Assembly: GCF_037042905.1 (NCBI RefSeq)
Contig: NC_087252.1
Location: 14,572,001-14,636,000 of the forward strand
Length of the DNA stretch: 64,000 bases
Origin: Lytechinus pictus
Taxonomy: Eukaryota
Direction of reading: 5' to 3'
Shown here: in pieces, positions 14,151 through 25,276 of the stretch
Layout: every line of letters begins with the position of its first letter
How positions within the stretch are numbered: the stretch's first letter is position 1
Notes under the pieces: model-generated
Seen by the model: only the letters and a program-made list of their open reading frames with translations
Database searches by the model: none
Told to the model about the DNA's origin: nothing
Program-made: the position numbers and the translations under genes

Positions 14151-15060
14151 AACTGGGTCTGGAAAAAAGACTTTGGACTTATATTATAATTTTTGAATCA
14201 ACCGGGTCTGGAAAAAAGACTTTGGACTTATATTATAATTTTTTAATCAACCGGGTCTGGAAAAAAGACTTTGGACTTATATTATAATTTTTGAAATAAC
14301 CGGGTCTGGAAAAAAAAGACTTTGGACTTATATTATAATTTTTTAATCAACCGGGTCTGGAAAAAAGACTTTGGACAAATATTAAAATTTTTTAAACAAC
14401 CGGGTCTGGAAAAAAGACTTTGGACGAATATTATAATTTTGGAATCAACCGGTTCTGGAAAAAAGACTTTGGACGAATATTATAATTTTTGAAACAACCG
14501 GGTCTGGAAAAAAGACTTTGGACGAATATTATAATTTTTTAAACAACCGGGTCTGGAAAAAAGACTTTGGACTTATATTATAATTTTTTAAACAACCGGG
14601 TCTGGAAAAAAGACTTTGGACTTATATTATAATTTTTGAATCAACCGGGTCTGGAAAAAAAACTTTGGACTTATATTATAATTTTTTTAACAACCGGGTC
14701 TGGAAAAAAGACTTTGGACTTATATTATAATTTTTTTAACAACCGGGTCTGGAAAAAAGACTTTGGACTTATATTATATTTTTTTAAATAACCGGGTCTG
14801 GAAAAAAGACTTTGGACTTATATTATAATTTTTTCAACAACCGGGTCTGGAAAAAAGACTTTGGACTTATATTATAATTTTTTAATCAACCGGGTCTGGA
14901 AAAAAGACTTTGGACTTATATTATAATTTTTTTAATAACCGGGTCTGGAAAGAAGACTTTGGACTTATATTATAATTTTTGAAACAACCGGGTCTGGAAA
15001 AAAGACTTTGGACTTACATTATAATTTTTTAATTAACCGGGTCTGAAAAAAAAGACTTTG
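14151..15060. repeat. 49-bp minisatellite, ~19 copies
   Basis: Unit AACCGGGTCTGGAAAAAAGACTTTGGACTTATATTATAATTTTTTAATC repeats with a 49-bp period. More diverged, more widely spaced copies of the same core occur at 13180-14070. Confidence 0.97.
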
Positions 15061-15200
15061 CACTTTTGTGCTATATCATGGACCTATTACAATAGGTCAA
15101 TCGCTATATGAACGCATTACTACAGGATTTTAGTTTAGAACGGATTCGCCAAAAATCCCTTCAAATTTATTACATTTGTGGGTAAAGTCATTATTACATT

Positions 15201-16361
15201 ATCATGGAATTATCATGGAAACCACACATCGACAATATATGCAAAACAATTTCAAGAAATATTGGAATTATCAACAAGCTCAAATTTTTTCTTCCATCTC
15301 GTACACTACTTACACTATATCACACCTTAATATTACCATACATTAATTACGGTATTTTGGCATGGGGTTGTGCAATTCAAACACAATTACATAGGATACT
15401 TTTGTTACAGAAAAAAGCACTTAGGATAATATTTCATACACATTTCAGATGTCACACAGATAAATTATTTTTTGAAAATAAAATCCTTAAAGTTAATGAT
15501 ATATATTTGTTCCAACTCGGCCAATTTATGTACAAACTAAATAAAGATGATCTCCCCGCAATTTGTTCAATTATGTTCTGCAAAAACTCCTCTGTACACG
15601 ATTATCCTACAAGACAACGAAACTCATATCACCTACCTCCAACCCGAACTTTACTTGCAATTTTTTTTTTGTCTTTTCTGGTCCCGTATATTGGAATTCC
15701 TTGCCCAACGCCTTTAAGGAATCCCCAAGCATCGCAGTTTTTAAACATAACCTTAAAAAGATGCTTATTAGCCAATACTTTACACAAACAAGTCAATCTA
15801 CCACATAACCCAAACTATATACAACAAAAACTTTTTTTTAAACCTCCCAGGAAAAAACTTGCCTGCCGACCTTTTCCCGCACCTGCCATGCTCCTCTTTG
15901 CACCTCCAATTGTACCTGCACCCCCCCCCCTCTCTCCCTACATTTGCTTCTCAGTTCCTCCCTCATTATCACAATTATTGTAACCATATTGTTATTATTA
16001 TTTTTTTTTATTATTATTACTATTATCACTTATTCTAATTTGTGTCACTCTTTCGTTGTTACCTTTGATATTTTGTATAGCCTCCTTTAAACTGTCTCCC
16101 GTCTCTCCTTTATATTATAGTTTTGTAATGTACGTACTGAAACTAAGTTACGGGGGCTTGCCTCTCATACAAGCTTTGCTTTTCTTGGCAAGCCCCTCCG
16201 TTCTGTTTTATATAGTCATTTTAGTCAAAGTTACTATAGTTCGCATTAGTTCTCATTGTTTATACCTTACTCCGATTGATGTTGTACTTCAAATTTGACT
16301 ATGTATTGTTTGATTTTGTTGTGCTTTGTGAACGGAAAATGAATAAATCTAAATCTAAATC
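15201..16361 (+). mobile_element. 5'-truncated CR1-group (L2/Crack/Daphne-like) LINE
   Basis: RT C-terminal region (LSWKPHI...YINYGILAWG...LQKKALRII) is similar to 24678-25276. It has a 3' hairpin and (TAAATC)n tail; TSD TACATT at 15195-15200 and 16362-16367. Confidence 0.92.
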
Positions 16362-16534
16362 TACATTTGTGGGCGATCAAAAATTATTACATTTGTGAGT
16401 TAAGTGCATTATTACATTTGTGGGCGAAATTATTACATTTGTGGGTAAAGTGTTATTACATTTGTGGGTAAAGTGTTATTACATTTGTGGGCGTTATTAC
16501 ATTTGTGGGCGATTATTACATTTGTGGGTGTAAC
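16362..16534. repeat. TTATTACATTTGTGGG tandem block ending in TGTAACA (possible DNA-element terminus)
   Basis: About 8 copies of a 19-26 bp unit; abuts the L1/Tx1 ORF2 fragment. Confidence 0.8.
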
Positions 16535-17734
16535 AGGGGTAAAGATAGGGTCCAAAGAATTAATGTTTGTTATGATTATAAAAATGCTGGTCTAAAAATG
16601 ATTGACCCCTTAAAATTTGCCATTGCCCAGAAGATGACATGGGTCAAATATCTTCTTGATGCTTCTTGGAAATATATTGAACTATTGTTTTTGAAAGATT
16701 TAAATCAAGATACCTCATTTTTGTGGAAATGTTATGCCCCAGAATGTGTATTGAACGCCTTGGGCAATGCACAGTTAGCTGATTCTTTGCGTTCATGGTA
16801 TTTATATCGAGAGGAAGCTGCTAAAGAATTTTACGGCTTCAATTTCTCAGAATTGAGCGCATGTCAATCTTTGTGGTTTAATAAATCAATTCGATCTAAA
16901 TCCAAACTTTTTTTCTTTTATGATGTATGGTATGATAAAGGTATTTGTACCATTGCCGATTTGTTTAATCCACCCCTCCCTGGTCACAAACTTTTTGAAG
17001 AATTGGTATTAGATTTTGACATCCCCTCTTCAGATAGAAGGAAATTTAATTTTTTAATGAAAAATATTTCAGAAGAATGGATGGAGAATTTCGATGTTGA
17101 TATTGTTGGCGTTCACGACACCATTGTTGTAAACCTATTAAATTACAAAAAAAATCCTAAGAATGTGTACAATGTACTTCTTGGCTCTTATACTCCAGCC
17201 AAGATATATGCTTTTTGGAGCAACAATTTATTGCTCCCTGTTAACATCAACTGGCAACAGGTTCATTTGAATAATTTCTTTTGTTCTCTTGATACTAGAT
17301 TAAGATCCTTTTACTTTAAAATTTTTCACAAAGCCATTGCTTTAAATAAATTTCTTTTCCAGATCAAACGAAAAGACTCTCCTAATTGCTCCATGTGTGG
17401 AAAAGAAGAGGAAACACTTATACATTTGTTCTGCGAATGTGAAAAAGTCACATCTCTTTGGCACGCTCTTGAGATTGTAATCACACAGAAAACAGGTTCT
17501 CGCATTTATATAACTAATTATGAAAAAATGTTTGGTATATGTAGTGATACATTTGTTTCATATTTGTGTTTACTATTGAAGTATCATATTTATTCTTGCA
17601 AATTTAGAAACGAGCTCCCAAACTTTGTCATGTATAAATCTTATGTTAAGAAACAAAAATAGTTAGAATATTTGGCAGCAAAAAAAAGCAATAAGTTACC
17701 TAGTCATTTTAAGAAATGGCGTTTCGATATCTAG
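16535..17734 (+). pseudogene. L1/Tx1-clade ORF2 C-terminal fragment (zf-RVT region)
   Basis: AGLKMID, LWFNKSI, LRSFYFKIFHKAIALN, CSMCGKEEETLIHLFCEC; past the stop at 17660-17662 the frame continues to ...HFKKWRFDI*. Confidence 0.9.
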
Positions 17735-18072
17735 GTGTTTTATAATTCTGAGCATTTAGTGCCATTTTATGTGTAACTCTGAAACTCTTCCTTTCCCTTT
17801 ATTTTATTTTATGTATACATGTTATTTGCACTCCATGTTTGCACTTTTCTTGCCAATTTTTTTGTTAATTTCTGTCCTCTTGATACTTGTGCTGTATTAT
17901 GGCTGACCTCTGTGACCTAACTTGAAAAACTTGATGGCGCTCTCGTAACAAGAACAGCAAATTATCCGTCTCTCCTGATTTTCACATTGTTTTGAGGTCT
18001 AAATTGCAGTTATATGCAGGATTACCAACCATGGACAACTACATAACGTTCCTAAATCTTATATTGGATAAG

Positions 18073-19101
18073 ATGTCTTACGACCTATGAAAATCTCAGA
18101 AGGGAAAGCCTACAAAAACCACTGGATCTGTACCAACGAAAAGGCCAAACCCGTTCTCGCACAACATGTACAAAGCTCTACCGGATCAGCTTACCCCCTG
18201 CCAGAGACCTGGGGAGCCAAGCCAGGTAAGCAGCCCTGCCAACACATCCGTGATTACACCTGTTAACGGAACTAACACCTCTACGCCTGACCGCACATTC
18301 CAAGATCAAGACTTCGAACAATCTTAATTGGATTTATTCCTAACAAAGAAATTCGAAGCTATGCTTGAAAGGGCTGTTGTTCGGCTTGCTAAGAAGATTG
18401 AAGCTGTTGAGTCACTTCTAGGGGATTCCCTGGAGTTCGAGCGACAAAGGGTCAATGACCTTCAGGTCAAACAAAATCATCTAGAGACCAGGATCAAGAA
18501 CTTGGAAGAAGAAGTGGCAAAGAACGGAGCCGCTACTAACAAATCGGAACGATTCTCCAGGAGAAATAATATTCGTCTGGTTGGGATCGACGAGTATCAG
18601 CAACCAACATCTCTTCCCGCCGATAGCGCATCTTCATCCGATAGTTCATCAGCTTCTGAACCTCACCAGGAAGATTGTATCACGCTAGCCGAAGACAAAC
18701 TACGATCTTTCTTCGGTATTACGTCGAAGGTTGAAAGAGCTCATCGTGACGGTAGGAAAACCAACGGAAGACCTCGTCACATTCTTGTGAAGCTTTTGTC
18801 ATATCGCGATAAAGTTGATGTAATGAAAAGAGCTCGCTCCGTTCTGAAAAACCAGAGTTTCTTCATCATCGATGACCTTACCAGCGCTGACCTCCAGGAA
18901 AAACGTAAATGGTCCAAACAGGTCCAGGCCCTTTACGCCCAAGGAACCAAATTGCGTTTTTATGCAGGAAAATGGCGACTCCGTGGAGGTGACCCTTTTA
19001 ATTTTGAGTCTTCATCCGACGACACCTCTCGCATCACAACCATTGGTCACGCTTGGAGTAGTGTTCTAATTTTCTCAACCCGCTGTATGAACCAAGGTTA
19101 G
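18073..19101 (+). pseudogene. L1/Tx1-type ORF1p (coiled coil + RRM + CTD) with two in-frame stops near the N-terminus
   Basis: ERFSRRNNIRLVGI, VERAHRDG, RPRHILVKLLSYRDK, FIIDDLT. An in-frame ATG at 18073 (MSYDL*KSQK) lies 255 nt upstream of the ORF-track start. Confidence 0.88.
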
Positions 19102-21151
19102 TTTCAATCTCCCTGTGACGGCAACGTTCCTTCTTCTTTTTTACAAATAGACATAAAGATATTAACGTTTTCACCTTCGTTTTTTCCTTTTTTTTTATCG
19201 CTATTCATTTCGATAATGAGATATCATCCTTCTCAAGTGATTAATTTTAGTCTCCGAATCATCTGAAGACCTGTGGTTTTGATTTTTCGTGGGATGTTTA
19301 CAACTTGGTCACTGAGATCTCGGACTACTATCATGATTATACAATTATTATCAATAACTTCCTCGATCGTTCTTAATACGGCATGATTGAATTTTATCTT
19401 TTCGCATGTTTCATGTGTTTTCGCATTCATGATTTTCCTCCAGGTCAATTAAGCCTCAAGTACTTTTTTTTGCAACAATGATGTCGACTCCTTAACGAGA
19501 GAAAATTTACAAATTTGATGTTCATTTTGATTTTGATTCAACTATAATTATGTCGAGAAGAAATAACTCGATGTTCGTTATAATTTTACTATGACAATAT
19601 GCATCTCCTCGCTGTTAGTGGATATTTAAATTAAAGAAGGCCTACCATGTACTAAATCATTCTTATCTCGCCTATATACGATCTATTTAATTGGCACCCT
19701 TTCATCCATAGGCTCTACTTTTATATTTCCCAACATTGATCCGTTTTTTATGCATCTAGATACCTTATTCGTTTGCATGTTATGTGTTCACCTAGCTTTA
19801 GGTTCAAGCCTGAGGCAAACCATAAATTTATAAATCGAAATCATAACTGAATCGCACAAAAAATCTCGTTCACCAAAAGTAGATTATGTTGCTTATTAAT
19901 ATAATTCATGTATAAATCACTTACACGGATGTTTGTGTGAATGTGCTTTAAGTCCTAGCATGCACCAATTCTAAACAATCTAGCTACACTACTTTAGTCT
20001 TATTAAGCAGTTAAGGGTGGATGCAGGATCTTACACACTCTGATTTACCGGCCATCAATCATTTGTATTCATTTAATGTAGAATCGTTATCCCACATGAT
20101 GTTGGCATCTGTTTTTTGTTTGTTCTTTTTGTAATATGTGCAATCTAATCACTTATATACACTGGTTTTATTGTTTTCCTTTCTCGTACGTTCATGATTT
20201 TCTTAAAATGAGTCGATTAGAAACCACATGCGCTTTAGCACCGTGTTTACAAAAGACATTGACATGATAGAGGCATTTACTTTATTGTATCATAATTTCT
20301 CACAACTTGAAAAGTCTCCCTACCAAATTTGAGAAATCACAATGTTGAAGCTTACAGGGTATGATTGTCTCTTTTTCATGTTCATCCAATCAAAGTGTCA
20401 ACGAGATCCAATATATAAAAAGTGTTTACTTTCTGATTGATATCAATTGCCATCTATTTTGAACAGAATCACACATCTCCTTTTCATGTTGGTCATCAGT
20501 ATTTGATTTATGTTCTATTGGTACAGTTTTCCCCACTTCGAACATGCTGCTTTGTAATTTCTCTTCCCCGTTTTATTATATATCTGAATTGATCAGTAGC
20601 AAATAGCTATTTGCTATATACTACGTTTTATTTTCCTAAAATCATACTCAATTTCAGTAAAATCAACCTCATGGCTACGCGCCTCTTGTTACTTCTATCA
20701 AGACACCTATACTGTTTTATCGCCCAAGGTGTGCTTGACGTTAAGCTTGATGTTCATCCAATTTCAAGTTTTATCAGGAACCAAATTTGCAAATTTGTTA
20801 TATAATGTTAATACGACTAATTGAAGTACATTTCATTGCTAATTTGCTTACTACTCCTTGATACGGATAACACATTTTGCAGATGTCTCCTTTTGTATTC
20901 ATTACGCACCAGCAAACTTGACAATGGGCTACATCAGAAATTAAACTTTACTGAATTAAGCGTGCTTGGAGCGCGAAGCCTTATCATTGGCTTTCTAATG
21001 ACCTCCTTTTCTCTTTTGCTTGGAAATGACTCATTAAAGGGTTAAATACAGTGAATTGTTATTTTATTTGTCAATTCAATATCAGTGACGAAGGGAAACT
21101 CCCTGGTATATTTTGGACTTATCGAATTTACCGCGTAGAGGCTCCCTGCAT

Positions 21152-21385
21152 CGCGCCGGTTCCTTGGGGTGCAGTTCGGGTCGCGGTGGGGAGCTGTGAG
21201 GCTTTTGCCGGGGGTTGGTGGACCGGGACAGCACCGGAATCTCCAATTCTGGGTGGCGACATGTTTGCGTCTGTTCGTGTGGTGCAAATATTCGAATTTT
21301 CTGCTGTCCCGGTCCGCCGGCTTTCGGGGGGAGCCTCGGGGCTCTCCGCTGCGACTCTGTCTGCATTTTCGAAAGAATCGGTGCG
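21152..21385 (+). other. Predicted long G:U-rich rod-like RNA structure in the LINE 5' leader
   Basis: Six stacked helices plus two apical hairpins can be paired by eye; see findings. Confidence 0.8.
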
Positions 21386-22133
21386 TTAATGAGTTTCGCC
21401 AGCGTCCCTGCAGTGAATTTGAGAACTACCAAGATCTTGCATCGTTAACACAATCTTTAATCATTGCAATGTTTTGGGTCTTTTTTAATATTTTGCCTCT
21501 GGTTTAATATTTTGCCTCTTGTTTTTTCCCTGCGAACCACTTACCACTGACGTATATTTACGCAATGATTTTTTGTATGTATATTCATATGAATATGATC
21601 GATCTTATTCTACAGATCACACAGGCTTAAATCCTGCTTCCTGCTTTGCTTTTTTTTTTAATTACTATTTAGCTTTCTCCATTTGATATGACCTCGTTTG
21701 TTATTTTTAATAGATTTCATCACGCTTCAGGAGAGACGGACACAGTATGATTATTATTTTTTCTGTCCTTGCCTTATTTTGCTTACTTACGTTCTTGTTG
21801 ATATTTGTTGCTTGTTTGTTTACATTTGGCCTATTTTAAGTTATTCACTAAGGATCAGTCAAATTTGCTTTGTTTTCATTTTTGTCCTGTTTTTCATCAC
21901 CTTTATTTCCAACCCCCCCTCCAAACTTTGCACTGCACAAGGTCATTATATATCTTACACTAGTTTTCAATTCCCCTGCTTTATTTTTGTTCTTTCTTCT
22001 TTTACTCCCCTTTTATTGCCTTTTCACTGACACACATTTTTTTCTTCTCCTCTTCTACACATACTCGGGAACAGGCACGTAGCACAGTGTTTTGTTTCCT
22101 TTAGGTTTCGTTTAACCACCATCTCCCCTGCTA

Positions 22134-25100
22134 ATGACGGATTTTTCTAGGTTTCCATTTAGCTCTCTAAATAACGATGACTTGTTGTCTCTCTCGGCGC
22201 AACATGGCGTTACTCGCACACTAGATAATCATGATAAATCCAACTATGATGCACACATACAGAATTTTATGGACAATAATACATCCGATCTTAATTACAA
22301 TTTGGATGCAAATGATCACTTCGGACAGCTCACTACATCACATTATTTCACAGAACAACATTTCAAATCATACATCACACCAGATAACACTGGCGAAAGT
22401 TTTTTTCTTCTCCATTTTAATATCAGAAGTGCCAGTAAAAACTTTGATAAACTTAGACTATTTCTAGATAAAAACCGGTTTCCGAAATCTTCATTTATTG
22501 GTTTAACCGAAACATGGTTCTCTGATAATCCATGTTCCCTCTTCACACTCCCTGATTTTGATTTGATTGTTAACAATAGAACGCTAAGACCTGGGGGTGG
22601 TGTAGCTCTTTACATACCGCAACAATACGACCATACTCTTATAGCTAACATGACCATATCAAACGACGTTCTAGAAACCTTATTTGTTGAAGTCACAAAC
22701 CCCAAAAGTAAAAACTTAGTACTTGGTGTTTTTTATAGACCCCCTCAATCTAATGTTAATACTTTTTTAGAATCTCTTAATGAAATTTTATCAAATCCTG
22801 TTTTGAAAAATAAAGATTGCTTGCTTTTTTATGGGTGACTTTAATATTAACTTAGTAGATTGTAATTCAAACAGCACCTCACATGAGTTTCTTGAAATGT
22901 TTCTTTCATATTCTTTTTTACCGCTTATCACTAAACCGACAAGAGTAACAGATAACTCGGCCACTTTAATTGATAATATTTTTAGTAATATAACTCAACA
23001 AATTCCCAAAGCCGGTATTATCCTTAGTGACATTACTGATCACTTTCCAATTTTTGCTAAATTATCTACAAATAAAATTATCATGAAAGAAGCATTCAAT
23101 ACTCCATTTCGAAAGATAACTGATGACAACATAAACAATCTAATTAATAATTTAAATACAACAGACTGGTCAACTGTTTTTGAATCCACAGACGTTGATG
23201 ACGCATATAACTTTTTCATTTCCAAATTAAACTCTTCTCGAGATACTCACGTTCCTTTTACCACTAACAGAAAATCAAATTATAAAAAGGTTCCACTCCA
23301 CCCTTGGATTACTAAATCACTTTTGAGATCAATCAACCGAAAGAACAACCTTTACTATAAATACATAACTAAACAAAGTAACGAATCTCGCTTTAAATAT
23401 ACTTCATACAAAAACACACTCACTACTTTATTACGCATTGCAAAAAGAGAATATTATACCTCCCAACTCTATTTGTTCAAAAACGATATGAGGAACACAT
23501 GGAAAATCATTAATGGAGCATTAAACAAAAACAAAAAAAGTACTTCTATAACAAAAATAAAAGTAAACAATACAACTACCGACGACAACATCTCAATAGC
23601 ACAAGAATTTAATTCATATTTTTCAAACATTGGCAACAATCTGGCAAGCAAAGTCCCTCAAACTCATAAATCTTTCAACAGTTTTCTTGACAACCCAAAT
23701 CCAAACTCTATATTTTTTAATCCTACGAACACAAGAGAAATTATTAATATTGTTAATAATCTACAGACCAAGAAGAGCCCAGGTTTCGATGGTATTCCTA
23801 ACTTCCTACTTAAGAAAATTATTTTAACTATCGTCGATCCTCTGGTCCACATATTTAATGTTTCTATGAACACAGGGAAGGTACCTAACCTAATGAAAAT
23901 AGCCAAAGTCATCCCCCTTTACAAAAAAAGGTGATAATCAACTTGTTTCTAATTACCGTCCTATTTCATTGCTCACTTCGTTATCTAAAATTCTCGAAAA
24001 ACTTATACATACTCGTACAATTACGTTCTTTAATAAATTCAATACTTTTTCGAACTCTCAATTTGGTTTCCGCGAAAATCATAGCACCTCACATGCAATT
24101 TTGACTTTTATTAATAAAATTACTTCTTCCATAGATATAGGTTGTCATACTGTTGGTATTTTCCTGGACTTCTCCAAGGCCTTCGATACCATTAACCACG
24201 ATATACTTCTTCATAAACTTTCTTTTTATGGTATCAGGGGGAAGGCCTTGGAGTGGTTCAAGAGCTACCTAACAAACAGGTCTCAATTTGTGTCAGTCAA
24301 CAACGTTGTTTCTTCTACTCTTACTATTACATGTGGAGTACCACAGGGTAGTTTACTTGGTCCTCTTCTTTTTATAACATATATTAATGACATTAAAAAA
24401 AGTTCAAATTTACTAACATTTGTATTGTTTGCTGACGATTCGAACATTTTCTTTTCTCATGATAACGTAAACCAACTTGTAAGAATTGTAAACTCAGAAC
24501 TTATACATGTCACTGACTGGATTAAGGTGAATAAACTATCACTTAACTTACAAAAGACGAATTTTATGCTTTTTAGTAACAGAATAAATACAATACCTGA
24601 TAACATAATTTTTGATAATACTGTTCTTGAAAATGTTTCAGAGACAAGATTTTTGGGGGTTACTATTGATAATAAGCTATCATGGAAACCACTCATCAAT
24701 AATACATGCAAAACAATTTCAAGAAACATCGGAATTATCAACAAACTCAAATATTTTCTCCCATCTCACACTTTACTTACACTGTATCATACATTAATAT
24801 TACCATACATTAATTATGGCATTTTGGCATGGGGTTGTGCGATCTAAACACAATTACAAAGAATACTGTTGCTGCAGAAGAAGGCTCTTAGAATAATTTT
24901 TCAAACCCAATTCAGATCACACACAGATATACTATTCTTCCTAAATAATATTCTTAAAGTGAGTGATTTATATCTTTTCCAACTCGCCCAATTTATGTAT
25001 AAACTAAACAAAGATGATCTCCCAACAATTTTTTCAAATATGTTCTGTAAAAACTCCTCTATACACGATTACCCAACGACACAACGTAATTGTTATCACC

Positions 25101-25276
25101 TACCCCCTACCCGTACTATATTAGCGAAAAACTCTTTTATCTTTTTTGGACCTGTGTATTGGAATTCCCTGCCCAACGACTTTAAAGAATCTACAAACCT
25201 TAATATTTTTAAACGCAAACTTAAAAAGATGCTCATTTGTCAATACTCCACACCAACAAGTCAAGCTAACACATAA
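22134..25276 (+). pseudogene. APE-RT polyprotein with frameshifts (~22830, ~23930) and a stop (24845-24847)
   Basis: HFNIRS, GLTETW, GGGVALY, YRPP, GDFNIN, TLIDNIF, TDHFPI (APE); KSPGFDG, QFGFR, FLDFSKAFDT, GVPQGSLLGPLLF, FADD, FLGV (RT). Confidence 0.95.

Noticed and set aside
14151..15060. CRISPR-like repeat array
   Set aside because: Units are contiguous with no unique spacers, there are no cas genes, and the context is eukaryotic.
16487..16534. N-terminus of the 391-aa ORF
   Set aside because: Chance read-through from the ATTACATTTGTGGG repeat into a truncated L1/Tx1 ORF2.
21042..21507. Several overlapping 77-116 aa ORFs as a LINE ORF1
   Set aside because: Open in many frames because of local GC richness; no ORF1 motifs. 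RNA structure explains the composition better.
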